This document shows positions 39,301 through 52,466 of a stretch of DNA of 64,000 bases, piece after piece. How positions within the stretch are numbered: position 1 is the stretch's first letter; each line of letters begins with the position of its first letter. The stretch comes from Phoronis australis. Its lineage: Eukaryota > Animalia > Phoronida. The translations under genes were made by a program, and so were the position numbers. Under the pieces are notes generated by a model. It was not told the origin of the DNA. It saw only the letters and a list, made by a program, of their open reading frames with translations, and ran no database searches. The DNA lies in assembly GCA_002633005.1 (NCBI GenBank), contig NMRA01000386.1:366393-430392 (forward strand), read 5' to 3'.

Positions 39301-42300
39301 AATACTTGCTGATTGAAAAGGCCAAATTTTCAGAAGAAAAAATGCACCTAATGACCCCATGTTTGCACTAAATGACCTGAAACTTTGGATTCTGATTTGA
39401 TTTACCTGTGGAAATCAGACCTGTCAATTTGAAGTGTCTAGCTCAAAATTTTAGTTTGCACCTAATGACCTTTGACCATTTCACCTGATTGGATGACCCG
39501 ATTACTTAGAAAAGTACTTTTTTAAATTGTCATGTTGACATATACCTGTGCACCGAATTTGAAAAAGATAGCTTTAAAACTGAANGCAATATGGAATATG
39601 ATTATACAACCAATCAAAATTTATATACTGTCAAAAGTCATATGCTGAATTTAAAGACCGTACCTGCACCCAATTTGGAGTTATTAAGCCTCAAAGTTGG
39701 TCGGAAGAAGAATAAGAATAAGAAGAATAAGAAGAAGAATAAAATTGAAGGAAACCCAGGAACAACAGTACTCTGCGCTTACACGCGCAGAGTAATAAGA
39801 AGAATAAGAATAAAATTGAAGAAAACCCAGGAACAACAGTACTCTGCGCTTACACGTGCAGAGTAACAATATTATTCTGTTCAAAAGCACTACACATCAA
39901 GAAACACTTAACATTCTCAGGCAATAGCATCCCAACAAAACTATCAGGGATGCAGTCTTGAACTTGATTAGCCAGCTTACACAAGTAAAAATAACCCCGC
40001 AGCTTGCATACGAGCCAGATTTATGACGCATACAAGTCAATTGAAGCTGCATTTCACCCTCTGTAGCTGGCCAAAAACGACAAATAAAATTCGGCCTTTT
40101 ACACTCATAAAACCCGTCTCATCATAGGATTCAACTTCTATTATCAGTAACAACATCAAAACCATCAGTAACTACAGTAAAACGCTTCAATCAACTGGGG
40201 TAGACCAACCTGAACATTGCGAATTCGAAAATAATCCATAATCATTCACATTATAGGTGCCTGAAGTTGATAACCAATATAGAACCATACCATGAAAATG
40301 AACATTCCTGAGACCAATTTTAGGAAAATAAAGAGGACTAACTCAATTTTCTTATTTATCCAGTTTAATAGAGTGATATGCAGCCATAAAAATTTCGACC
40401 AACTTGCTAACGGTACTACACACTTCATCTTACTCATAACATCTCAAATATAGTCATCGTGACATCTGTTGCCACAACTGGAACACTTACAGACTGAGAT
40501 TAGTGCACGGCAAATGTGATGGGAAAAACAAGCATGGTTTTACACATCATTTGCTTTTTATGGAGGACCACGCTACTGACTTCTCGACACTGCTTTGTCA
40601 TGGTAATGACCCTTAGGACATCCAAGCAATGCTTATGGAGTCACTTTCAATCTTTACCATTGGAAAAAAAGGAACTCCATGAAAGCACTGAGAGTCACGT
40701 GATGAACTCTTGCATGGTAATTAACTCTCCTGATGTTTTGCAATAACGGCAAATTCTGTTCTGAGGGCAGACCACAAAAAATGTTACATGCCATGTCATT
40801 GGTATGGTGAGTGGTACCTCTCTCTTCCACCAGGTGTCCTCACCAAAGTCGATGTTGTCTCATACCATAACAGTAAATTGTTTCTACGTAGAAAATGCAT
40901 CAGGGACACTGTTTTGACTACAAAGCATCATGACGGCCAAACTGGTTTCAAAAGCTGTAGTGTCACATTGGTCTGAAACTCGTTGTCAGCCGATGCCATC
41001 TCCAAAGACACACAGCTTCACAAAGTTCCTCCAAAAGGTTAAGGCAATACAGCCATAGATGCAAAACTGCTATTAGGGGGCACCAGAGAAGAACTCATCC
41101 GAATTAAGGCCGTCATTCGATCTCGTACAATGAAACGTCACAGAAATGTAATCATCAGATATATGCGAAATCTGAAATAGCAACTCGACAAGTGGTACAG
41201 AGAACTTTTTTAGGAACTGAACATCATCACAGTCAGAAAATCTAATAGCGATGTAGTGGAATGCATTGACATGGTACAGCTCACATCTGAAGGCCTAGTG
41301 AGTAGTGAAGTACCATTATACCTGATTACCACCATAACAGTTTTGGAGCATTCTGCATAAAATGTTAGCAAAATTTTCAGAAAATGTGCAGATTTTAGCA
41401 GTGAAAAGACTCATCTAGGATTTGAAAAGTTGGGGTTCAAATTCGCGAATAGACACTTATCGCCATATGTAGGGATTTCGTAAGGGGTCACCCCGATGTC
41501 AAAGGACAGGGAGGTATTCCCCTAAGAAAATCGTGGCTGTCAGCATTAGCCTACCGCCGGTGTGACATTTATGGTAAATATAGATGGTAATAGTCCATGA
41601 CCCTGATTATGCATGACTACTTATGGAACTGCCAACTTGGATTATTTTCAACTCAGTTATGAAGTGAATTTAAGAAGTTTTGAAATTTTTTCATCAAAAC
41701 TTAAGTCTGTTTTGTCTTACATTTCTAATAATTTATGATCTCATTGTCAAGACTTACATTACGCATTATATACCAAAACAAAAGGGTCGCCTAAATTGTT
41801 TTTACTTGCAGACTTTTTGCAGCCACTGCTTACTTGCATACCACAGATCAAACTTACATACCAATACGGGTATTTTGTGTATGGTACACAGGTTTGGAAT
41901 ATTGCCAGTGAGTACTGCGTCATGAAGGACTGTGAGCAGCGGTGTACTGTAGGTAGTGAAAGTCTAGAGGGTGACCAGCAAGCATAATGTTACGGCAGAG
42001 TGGATTATAATAGTAGTTGGTATGAAGAACGAACAAAATCGTTGTCGTATGAGTTGGTTTGTGAAATTGTCAACAGGAACGTTATTCAAGGAGTGTCAAG
42101 TCAACACTTGGGACAGCCCATAAGACATTTGATTGTCAATCATGATTTAATTATAATAAAAGTAACCCTATAGATGGCACTAGCATAGTTACACTCCATT
42201 ACTATGACCTTTCAGAGAAGTAAAACAAAACAGTGGGGAAGAGATATAAATTGAAAATGTTGTTATTATACTCACCACTCTTTCAATTTTGACAGACTGT

Positions 42301-45135
42301 GGTCTCACTTGCTCTGGTATTACGTCTGACTCCATGACTTCAGGGTTTCCTCCTGGCAATGCGGGGAAGGGGGCAGATACAGGATAGACAGATTTGTGAT
42401 TCCTGGACAGTTTTGTCTTCAACTCAGTTATGAGTCGATGCACGGATAACAAACTCCTGTCACATTGTTGGCATATTGCCCCACCACTGATGTGAACCTT
42501 AAGAAAAAAGAATAGGCAACTCAAAACACTCAAATATATTCAATAATGCACATGGGCGGAGCACCATAGGGGACTGGGGGGGGCACCTATGGTTGTTTGG
42601 TGATGGGGAATAGTGATCAATTTCAAGAACTTTCGGTGAAGGGAGCAAGACATTCCTCAAGACCTAGGATGAGTCACTCGCTCGGTTGGGCCCCCAGATG
42701 GCACTACTGAGAGTTTACTTGTCTATGTCTAGATAAATTGTCAATTTTAAGCTACAATACATGGTGATAATCTTTCCTTCTTAGATAAAAAAATCATTTA
42801 CATTGTGACCGGCACTTTATCACAAAACAAGCGGATCAGAGGAATTCGGCAGCAAATGAAACCTCAGCTGACCTCAAGACTTCACTTATTTTCAGAAAAT
42901 TTGCGATTATGAAATGATATATGGAAAATTTGATGTGTCCACCATGGTTTGATGTTTTATTGGTTCAAAACGATAAGGCAAAGTGATAAAACGACTTGTG
43001 ACAAGCTTGACTTGCATGACACACAGTCGATATGTTGGCATCTTCATCTGAAATCTTATTCTGTCAAATTTTTTGACAAGCTCATTCCGACAAGTTGAGT
43101 TGAAGTAGAGTTGTCCAAGAGGACAATCAGTCAAAAATAATGTTGAGGCCTGGTGTGGTGTACAAGTTTACAACATTTCTCATACTCAGGAAAAGACTAA
43201 TTCACATCACCTCACAAGATTTCAATGACAAAATAATCTGAATAGAATGTTTTTGCTCCTTTCGAATTTTTTTTGTAATTCAAATATTATTTTAAGGGTT
43301 GTTTTAAAATTTGTTAGAACACAAGAAACGTTTTTATTAAAGAATAGTAAATTAGTAATTCTTGCAATGTAATTTCGAAAGTAATAACTTGTTCTCTTTT
43401 CAAAACATCCCTTGTCCAACTTGAACAATGGTGGTTGTGTAAACTTTTCAGCTTGATATTGGATTTATGGCAGTGATAAACCGTTTGCTGTCTTTGAGTG
43501 GAATGTGCCTGAGCATTCGGTTATTTCAACTCTTGCAATTTTCTCATTTATTTTAAAAGTTAATCATAAAATAGCTAATACCGACCACAACTGCATGTTT
43601 TTGGTCAAATTTGACCCACATATTTGCCAAAGATATGCCAACATATTCATAAACAGTTCCACTGAAGAACAGCACTGTCTGTGGCCTGGGATACAAGTGG
43701 CATTGTCACCACCAAGGGTCGAGTTACCAGTTGTGTAAACAAACTGGGCACTAGTATCCCAACTGACCTACGCTTGTGGAGTGAGTTCAGAGCCTGAGCG
43801 AAATGAATTACTTTAAAATTGTCCAGGCAATTTACAAAATTAAAAAAGTTGTATAAATAATATAATATCTAAAGCTTCATTTTGAGACTCTTACAAGTGT
43901 TTCTGATGAAACTTGCATTTTGCTTTCCTTACCCTAGCAACAGTGAACCCATGATCAACAGAGTGCAAACGATTGACACCCAAATGGTTTTCGTTGAATA
44001 TACAAGTATTTACGGCCCATTACGCTGAATTCTGTTCAAGTTTCAAATTCAAACAGCTTACACTGTACACATAGATTACCCTTTTGTGTACTGAATCGCA
44101 TGTGCACACAATTCTACTTTTTTGAACATGGGTAATAAAAGAGAAAGCACGACTGGCAAGTTTCCATTTTTGGAAAAACATTGCAAAGTTGAAACAGAAA
44201 TGTATATTAAATAGTACTGAAATTTCGTAAAATTTTTAAAACTGAATTACAACTCATCAGGAACTAAAACTTTTTGAGACGCTGAATTGTTGGGGGTCCA
44301 TCGTAGGGTGTTGCAGCCCAAACTGATGCCTGCGCCAAACTGATTTGGTGAATCAAATTGATGCCTACACCAAAATGAAGCTACCATAGTAAGTTCCCAT
44401 ATTAGCATGTTTTATGAATTTTTTTAATGTTTATCAGAAACAAAATGATGACAATGAGTGGGGGTAGTGCATATCCATATAGTTTTTCAGGTGACTGATT
44501 CCCTATGTCATGTGATTAATCCAAATGACCTGCATACCGAGCACTTATTGTAGTCAATTTCAGTTCTGAAGCATTAAAAAATCTGTTGGGTGTAATTTGG
44601 TACCTTACGGTAGTGAAGACATTTGTCTGTCTCAATCACCCACACCAACTTGAAGTGGGCCAAATTAGTTTGGTGCAGGCATCAGTTTGGGCTGCAACGT
44701 ACACACTTCGACTTCGTGGTCCAAGTGAGTGTCTTTTTCTGCTGCTTGTAAAATTTTAGTCTCTTGACAGATTATCTCTTTGGTGTCATCATTCCGAAGC
44801 CTATGTTTTATTAGATTGAGTAAGATTTTTTTACAGAATTTCCAGAGCTTACAAGCAAGTTCAAAATACTGTTAAAACATTAGTTAAGGTGTCGAAAATG
44901 GGTACGCATTGATTGTTCTGTGTAGTGATGCTAATGCCTGATGATCATACTAGTCATAATAACAAAAGGAGAACGAATTAGTTACCGAGAAATATTGTAG
45001 AATCATGTCTATTCTAGTCTGTCCCACTACAGAATCCAGATCAAAATAAGTTCTATTCTTGTCGTCAATTTTCAACCCGCAAATTGCACATTCAACGTTC
45101 GCCAGCCAAGATCTTTCATCACAACGGTAGGCCAT
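33334..45135 (-). CDS. Multi-zinc-finger protein, paralog 2: ZAD-like C4 domain plus about 15 C2H2/C2HC fingers, about 1050 aa
   Basis: Exons 45135-44986 (150 nt, MAYRC..CAICG..ILQYFS), 42497-42276 (222 nt, VHISGGAICQQC..KIERV) and 36120-33334 (ttttcag acceptor; 943-aa ORF). Exon 1 and 2 lengths and phases are identical to paralog 1. No counterpart of paralog 1 exon 3 was confidently found. Confidence 0.92.
35350..35537. repeat. Coding 21-bp tandem repeat (S/Q/G-rich heptads), expanded in paralog 2
   Basis: About 8-9 degenerate tgatgacccctgtgatgcacc-type units. Confidence 0.8.
37548..37650. repeat. Compound (TACA)n/(CA)n microsatellite
   Basis: Seen directly. Confidence 0.9.
38592..39866 (-). 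mobile_element. Helentron/HINE-type non-autonomous rolling-circle element in an intron of paralog 2
   Basis: Minus strand starts TT-ACTCTGCACGTG inside a hairpin and ends with the matching subterminal inverted repeat CACGTGCAGAGT, the hairpin TTATTGTCAC-GCC-GTGACAATAA and CTAG-TT. Interior has two roughly 430-bp TGACCT-rich units, an AAG/AAT microsatellite and a duplicated terminal module. Confidence 0.8.
43475..43805. repeat. Dispersed repeat; inverted copy at about 49748-50040
   Basis: gggtcgagttaccagttgt.taaacaaactggg.ctagtatcc and its flanks match the reverse complement near 49790-49840. Confidence 0.8.
44310..44698. mobile_element. MITE with 39-bp TIRs in intron 1 of paralog 2
   Basis: gttgcagcccaaactgatgcctgcgccaaactgatttgg versus ccaaattagtttggtgcaggcatcagtttgggctgcaac. 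Confidence 0.8.
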
Positions 45136-45366
45136 CTTGTCTTGCAATCTCGGGTAGGCCATACTATGCCCCAAGATCAAAAGCATATTATTTTCTGCGC
45201 CCAACGTTCTAAAAATTGACATCTTTATTACTATTAGTGGTGAAATCCATAAGTGGCATTCAAAAGTTTCAAGGATTTCAATGACTGACAAGAGAACAAG
45301 ATTTATTACAGCCTCGTCCCCAAGTTGTCTACGTGACCGCTAGGGGTAATCTCGGTGGTTCCCCGC

Positions 45367-45803
45367 GTGCTGTACTTGAACTTGGAATCCAAGATTAAGC
45401 GGAAGTGAGTGTTGCGTGAACTTGGAATACGCGAGGCAACTTAACAAGTTCACTCAAATAATCACGTTCATGTTCACAAAAATTTTCCCTGTACTAAATC
45501 AAGTTACATTTGAATAAAATGACTCGATAATGTCAGTTCAACCTTTCCAACTACTATACGGGGCGGGCGATCAGTTTCACCAAACAATAATCCATTTAGT
45601 AGCCTTTAACATTCCTCCAGTTCAGCGACACAAGTTACGATAAAGGAGAAAATCAATGGTTGAGGCCAATAATTACAAAAATTCTTTTCGCCCAACAAAA
45701 ATTTCACCTTTTTTGACTTAGAGAATATTCAATTCCAAGTTCACGCAACACTCAGTCCGCTTAATATTGAGATTAAGCAGGATTCCAAGTTCACGCACAG
45801 CAC
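45367..45803. mobile_element. MITE with long TIRs containing repeated gaacttggaat motifs, directly upstream of paralog 2
   Basis: gtgctgtacttgaacttggaatcc..ttaagcgga.tgagtgttgcgtgaacttggaat is inverted at 45732-45803. Confidence 0.75.
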
Positions 45804-45911
45804 CGCTAGGTGGTGAGAAGCCAGCACGCTGGCTAGGCACGTAGGGCACCAGCGAGGTTGCTTAATACATAGCAACTTCTTGCGGAGTTATGAGACAAGT
45901 ACAGCAGAACG

Positions 45912-46441
45912 TATCGTTGGCTAAAGAGCTGAACGTTACACTTATGGTGGAAAGTGTCGCTGTAAACTTACGTGCGTAAATTAATTCTTATTAGTGGCGT
46001 AAATTAATTATTTGCGGCGTAAAGTAATTATTGCGGGCGAAATTTTACGACGACACTTTCCCCCACTGACCAATCAAATACGCACGTGAACTATGTGCGT
46101 AAGTTAAATATTGTTTGTGCCGTAAATTCATTGCTAAAGGCGTAAATTAATTTATGCCGTAAATAATTACTTTACGATGTTAAAAATTAAATTACGCCGT
46201 CAGTAGTTAAGTTTAAACGGTATAAATTAATTATTTGCAGTGTAAATTTATCGTTGGCCAAATGGGTGAAAGTTACGCACGTAAATAACGTGGGTATCTT
46301 AGCTTTAGTTTACGCCATTAAAAGTTACTGTTCATTGCAAATAATTAATTTACGCTGTAAATAATTAATTTACGTAACCAAAAAGAACTACTTTACACAA
46401 GTAACTTACGTCCGTAACGTTCACCCATTTGGCCAACGATA
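45912..46441. mobile_element. Foldback-like element made of many short cgtaaattaat repeats
   Basis: Ends tatcgttggctaaa..tgaacgttac and gtaacgttcacccatttggccaacgata; internal motif orientation flips across the element. Confidence 0.7.
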
Positions 46442-46823
46442 GACGGTCACTCATTTGGCCAACGATAAAAACGTATGCAACAGTAAAGACGAATGCGGTC
46501 TCTTGCTACAATACAATAATGCTCTAATCACTGAACTCAACTGGAAATTTCCGAAAACTCGGCCACCCAAAAGTATTCCCATGCGTGCCTGTTTTGGAAA
46601 ATTTTCCAAAGTAAGCCCTTGGTCGCTTTTTCGAAAACCGTTGTTTGCGATTTCAATCAAATAACTACAATTTAGCGAGATGATGACTTTGTTGGTAACT
46701 AAACGTATTACTATGTGGCACCTTTTCAATGACACGTGATTTCCGAAAATACGCCCCCTAATTGCGGGCGTAGTATTCGGTTTCGCAAATTTGACACATA
46801 TGAAAGGTTATTTTCTGATTATC

Positions 46824-47071
46824 CATGCGCGCACCCAGCCTTCAATATGGGGGGCTCGAATTCTTGACGTCGTGGACCTTTTGCTGTGGACTAAAAAAAA
46901 ATAAAAAAACGGGAGCACCAGTGCGAAGTGCGTGTTTACGCTTATTTAGTGGACTTATGTCCCATTTTCTAGGAGTTTTTGTCGCTCAGGGGCGGACCTT
47001 TTTTGCCCACTTCGCCAAATGGGGGGGCTCATTCGAGCTCCCCGAGCCCCCCCCCCCTGGGTGCACGCATG
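46824..47071. mobile_element. GC-rich MITE with 5-bp TSD (TTATC)
   Basis: TIRs CATGCGCGCACCCAG / CTGGGTGCACGCATG; ttatc on both sides. Confidence 0.85.
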
Positions 47072-48041
47072 TTATCCGCCCATGGGTCTATTTTCGCGAA
47101 GTCCCGGACGGCAGTCATGGAATGTCAACTCCCACGAGTGACCTATGCATTCTGGTGTTGGAGCATGCGACCATGAGATTTCGCGATACTTTGCGAGAGT
47201 TTGCATTGAATTCCCGACTGTCTGTTTAACTGATTTTTAGCTGTGTGTTATCAAATCATGTCTAATTTCATTGTTTCATTTGCATTTTATATTTTTTATG
47301 AAAAGCTGTATTGTAAACATTGCTGTAGTGCTGAACGAAAACCTGCTGCCACTTTTGACAACCTATCAAATTGCATGACATTGTTAAGAGTTGGCAACCT
47401 AACTGAGACATGATTTTGGGGTGTAACAATAATGTAAAGGTGCTTTCCGGAAATAAATGGCATTTCCTGTATAAGTGTTTGTTCTGCAATTGTAAATGAA
47501 TACTCACAGATGTGTTATGTAACTTAAGAATAACTAACTACACAAGTAACTAAATATGTGTCTGATTTTCTATTTTCAGAAAATACATACTTTACAGAGT
47601 TAAATCTATTAGTTTTGTTGACATTAGTCTTGTTACACTGACTTTGCAATAAGTGCTTACCTAACCTTAATAAGAAAAGAAATGAATTAGAACTGAACTG
47701 TGGCTGACGAGGAAAGAACTACACCTTGAGTGTAAGAAAATAATTGGTTTTAGTTAGAAAAAGAGGATGTTAATGCCGTTCGTGCGAACTTTGATGGAAT
47801 AAGATTGGCAGCCCTGTCCATGGAGGTCACCAGCGGTAAAAAACTTTTAGGCAACGTGACAGAGGGTGCAATCACAGCACATACTATCGAACTAGAGACA
47901 AATTGTCTCCCTGTGCGACTATATTCGTGTATAGTCGCACCACGCACAATTTGTCGCCTCCGCGACTGTTGGTGTCGAGTGCCACAATATCACAAAAGAC
48001 CTTACGGGGCATCTGGAACACCTCACCGGTGTTTTGGTAGT

Positions 48042-48305
48042 CTCAAATTGTCCCTCGGAGGTGTTTCGAGTCTGCACTTGTGCGAACTTTAACCGGAACA
48101 GAAAGTCGTGTGACTGGCAAAATGGAGAATGACATCGAATGTGCCCGGACATCTCCAGTGAAAAAGGCTTAAACGTGACGCTAATAGTTCGCTTCGACAC
48201 AGGCAACAGATAATGATGTTGCGTACGACGTGCTAGTCGGATAGCCAATAATTTTTACCAAATCCCTGTGTGCAAATCTGAAACACCTCCGAGGGATAAT
48301 TTGAG
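48042..48305. mobile_element. Inverted-repeat element (MITE-like)
   Basis: ctcaaattgtccctcggaggtgtttc versus gaaacacctccgagggataatttgag. Confidence 0.65.
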
Positions 48306-48685
48306 GCTTTCTACTCCTAGAAAATTTATGGTTTTACTGAGATGAAATCTAGAAATCTGGCTTAATGAACAGATTTGTTTTGATAAGGCCCTACGAAAAC
48401 TTACTTGCTTTTATGAAGTGCGTTGAATATGCAAGTTTAGTGTAGAATGCGGTGGATTTATGTGATGTACAATTTAAATTCCTTATAATGCGTATAATTA
48501 CGAGCAATGCAAATAGCTCATTTGTCTAGTGAATTTTGCATGTATTGTTATATATAATTATTTTGCGACAGATAGTTTTACCCGCACTGTAACTGCTTTA
48601 TTTTAAACGGTCAAATTCTTCGGCCACCTTTTCGGTGAATTGTTTGGCAAAACTTCTTGAGCAACGGCACTTGTATTTCTTAAAC

Positions 48686-48859
48686 TGACCTATCACAAGC
48701 TCCGCCCCCCTTGCGTAATGTCGGCTAACAAACAATAAGTTTTGCCCGGCAACGTGTTGTTTGTTGGGTAAAATGGCCGCTTGGAAACAAAGGTGTGTCA
48801 AGAATGATGAGTTTTAAATGGTCAGTTAAGCCGTCACTTAAAATCCTGGCGATAGGTCA
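48686..48859 (-). mobile_element. About 175-bp deletion derivative (MITE) of the 28524-30887 element
   Basis: Both termini are present in reverse orientation (tgacctatcacaagctccgcccc and aatcctggcgataggtca), plus about 120 bp homologous to 28524-28650. Confidence 0.8.
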
Positions 48860-51800
48860 AATTGCCCAACGAGAGCGCTCGGAGGAGCGACACTTGGCGG
48901 AACTAATCGAAAAGACGACGATGAGGGAGACGACGACAATCAAGACGATCACGGCGGCAATTATGAATAAGACGATAACACGACAACATTCATGTGCCTA
49001 GCGAAGAAATCAAATAGGTAGCAGACAATCNGACCTCTGTTTGCGATAAGGGAGCATTATATATAATCCAGTTGTGTTGGTGTTGAAGGAGCAGGTCAGT
49101 GCCAAGTTTTGTCACTTCAAAGCTGTACGAGTGAACCGAATTTTGCTCACGGCGTTACGGCCGGGTACGATCAGCCTTGGCTGGAGTCAACACTTCTGGT
49201 TTAGAGCCCGATCCGATGATGAGTAGATGAGGGCGAAGCTCCCTGGGCAGCTTCGCAAGATCGGGGCGATCTCGCCTTCCGTCAGCGGAAGGCAATGTGT
49301 CTCAGATGTCTCATTTGGATATGGTGACTGTCTACCGTCATTCAATTAGCGTCAAAGTTGTTTTGCTTTCGTATATAAAGATATCAAGAAACTAGTCTAA
49401 AGAAAAGTCACATTAATTTGAAGAGTGATAGTCACGGAACAAGTGCAATGTATTCTGCTTGCAAATTGCTTTCTGAAGTTTGACATCCCATGTGTTTGGC
49501 ATATATGTTGACTGAATTAGGCACAACACCATGATCCGGACCAAAATTGCGTAATTCAAAGTAGCTCACACTAACTCTGAGGTCACGGATTGCGTGTGAA
49601 GCCCCCAACCAATCTAAGAGGGTTTGTGCAGGTGATTACTGCATCCATTGGGTGGGTTTTCAAATTCGACATATTCGCTAATAGCTACATGTATGAATAA
49701 AACTGAGGTTATAAAAACTTTTATTAAATCATGAGTTTATTTGGCGGCATTTCACTCAGGCCCTGAACTCAGTCATAAGGGTGGGTCAATTAGGATACTA
49801 GGCCCAGTTTGTTTATACAACTGGTAACTCGACCCAGAGTGATGACACCATCTGTGCAGGCAGTGCTGTTCATCAATTCAACTATGGATATGTAGGCGTA
49901 TCTTTGACAAATGCAAGTCGATTTTGACCAAAAACATACCGTTGTGGTCGAAGTAAGGTAATTTATAATTACTTCTAGAAATTCAATGAGAAAAATGCAA
50001 CACATTCCACTCACAGGCAGCAGACGGGTTATCACTGTCGTAAATCAAACGTCAAGACACCCACATCGTCTGGTTTAACGGCCTTGAAATCCGCCGGCAA
50101 TCTTCAAAGAAACCACCCGATTGTAGGCAACTTCGTCGCAGCAAGTTGCTGATGATATCGTTCTAGCTTGGCTGACGGAGTACAACTCGTTGATGGGCAA
50201 TTACCAAAGGCTCATAAACCAGCAGGCAGCAGTTGGAAATTGCGGAAAGCCATGTGTCATTGTACAATTCTAGAGCTATTTTCTGTCAAACATGAGTGAA
50301 AATGAAAAACATATAAACCTACCAAATCAAGACAGGTAAACTAAACATGACAGTTAAGATTTAAGTAAATACACAAAACGTACCGAGCGTGGCGTACATG
50401 AAATAATATCCCACGAGACATTACTCCGCGTATCGACCGAGACCGAAGGTCATTGACCAGAGTGCGTAGCCTACACGTCGTCTGTTTTCACGAAGGTGTC
50501 AAAAGTGCCACAGTTTATGACAGCTCCGTCGGAATTATAATGTTGTAGCGTTGTTGCAGGTAGTTCTCGCATTTCTGCGGATTCTGTAGCATGGATAGGT
50601 CCACTTGTTGCTGCCCATGTAATACTGTCGCCGATAGTATCTGGTGCTGTCATGGCCAGTGACAATAATGTTTGATATTGGCGAGGAATCACTGAGTGCT
50701 TGAGTTGCAGACGATTATATAGAAATTGAAAACTGAGACAGAACTGTCATATAATTAACAGTCCTGTTCCAGATATTACGATTGAGACCTGGTGACATGT
50801 TGAGTGGTATTTACACTGCTAAAATTGTATTACTTTAAGCTATTTTCCGAAAGTTTGATGATCTAACCAGCTAACGACGTCGAGTCGACATTGACCTACC
50901 TTTTGAACCTTCAATGTCAGAGGTCACTGTTGAAGTAGTGCGGGAGGTGAATATGGAAAACATTATTTCATGGCCGTGTTTCCCTCCACAGATTCAACGC
51001 GTATGGGATAAATTGCAACGACATCGTGATCCACGCCATCTATCTATACGACGGTCTGCTAAACTGTGGAAAAGAAAAGCGGGTCTCGTTTGGGAGATCA
51101 TTCCACAATTCAGCAGAAGCATATCTAAACAATAGTTCATATTTCAGTAGGCCTACGAATGGAAGGGATATTTACAGTGCTCTGGCATGGAAAAGAATGC
51201 GAACCCTTCCCGTTCAACAAAGATATCGTGAAGATAACAGGGACTCTTGTTATGGGAACAGTTTAATGCATTTTGAAGCTATTGCTCTGATACTGCGGAT
51301 ATGTAGGGAAGGGAGATTAGAACGAGAGAGAAGGCCATCATATGTCGCTGAATTATCAGAGTTAATTAATCCTTTGCCTTGAATTCTTTTTATGATCGAC
51401 ATATGTCCCGGATAATAGATAAATGATACGTGCGTCGCAAGCTCGTTACCAGAGATGAAAAGGAGACTGATGTAGGCGATATCAGGTCATTTATTATGAC
51501 TAGTACAAGAAGCTTAAAACTGTCATTGCACCTGATATCTATGTCTACATGTACGTTAGTTTTGAAATTTATATGTAATGATATCTTTCATTGAGCATGA
51601 AACTTTATTTAATGCACCACGTATATATGTGTAATATGATGTTTAGATAAATTGTTCACAATGGCAGTCTGTTGACTTTTCGAAGGATGGATGTGACTTT
51701 AACTCTTCTATATCCTCTGTAGGGTGCACAGTATCCGTGCTTCATCTTAGCCAAGTTTTCTCCCTGCTCACGACAAATGAGAACCTTTGACTTGTGCAGC

Positions 51801-52466
51801 ATCTCAGTGTCTGGGTGGTGGTGTTGTGATTCGTTCGTTTAAACTAAGTAAAGATTTGGGCGCTGTTTCCCTGCAAAATTGTAGCCAAGACAAATATTGA
51901 GACCTATATATCATCTCCCACTAAGGGACTGGGCTGTATGACTGAAGAGCTGACGTCAGCTGATGCAGATCCCACCTGTTTTTTATGAAGAAAACGATTT
52001 AAAGTCTTTTGCCCTTATACTGTTCATATTGTCTGATTTTTTACACCTCGTAGAATAGACTCATTTACATGCATAGTTTTGGAGCTGTCAAGAACTGTTC
52101 TTTTTTCAAGCCTAAGCTCAACAAAAATTATTCTACCGCTCATTCTTAACGCTGCAAGCTCCACCCATTCGGAAACGTGGCCAATTCTTTGTTGTTTGTT
52201 TCTGCAGTCGTCTTTAAGTCTACACGTTAAACACATCCACAGACAGTACGTCACGCGTGTGAGACTTCATGCCAAACCTCGTCCTCTTAGAAATGCGGAA
52301 TAAGGATCACTGCTTCACCTGATGGTGGGTAGTTATTTCATAGACAGGCACTCTTTAAATCAACACACTGGCAGGGACTGGCGAGCTAAGAATTTTCTAT
52401 TGTCTTCAAATTTGATTTTTATTGTTTTCATCCATTTCAGTTCTAAGTGCACTGACTGAGCACATC

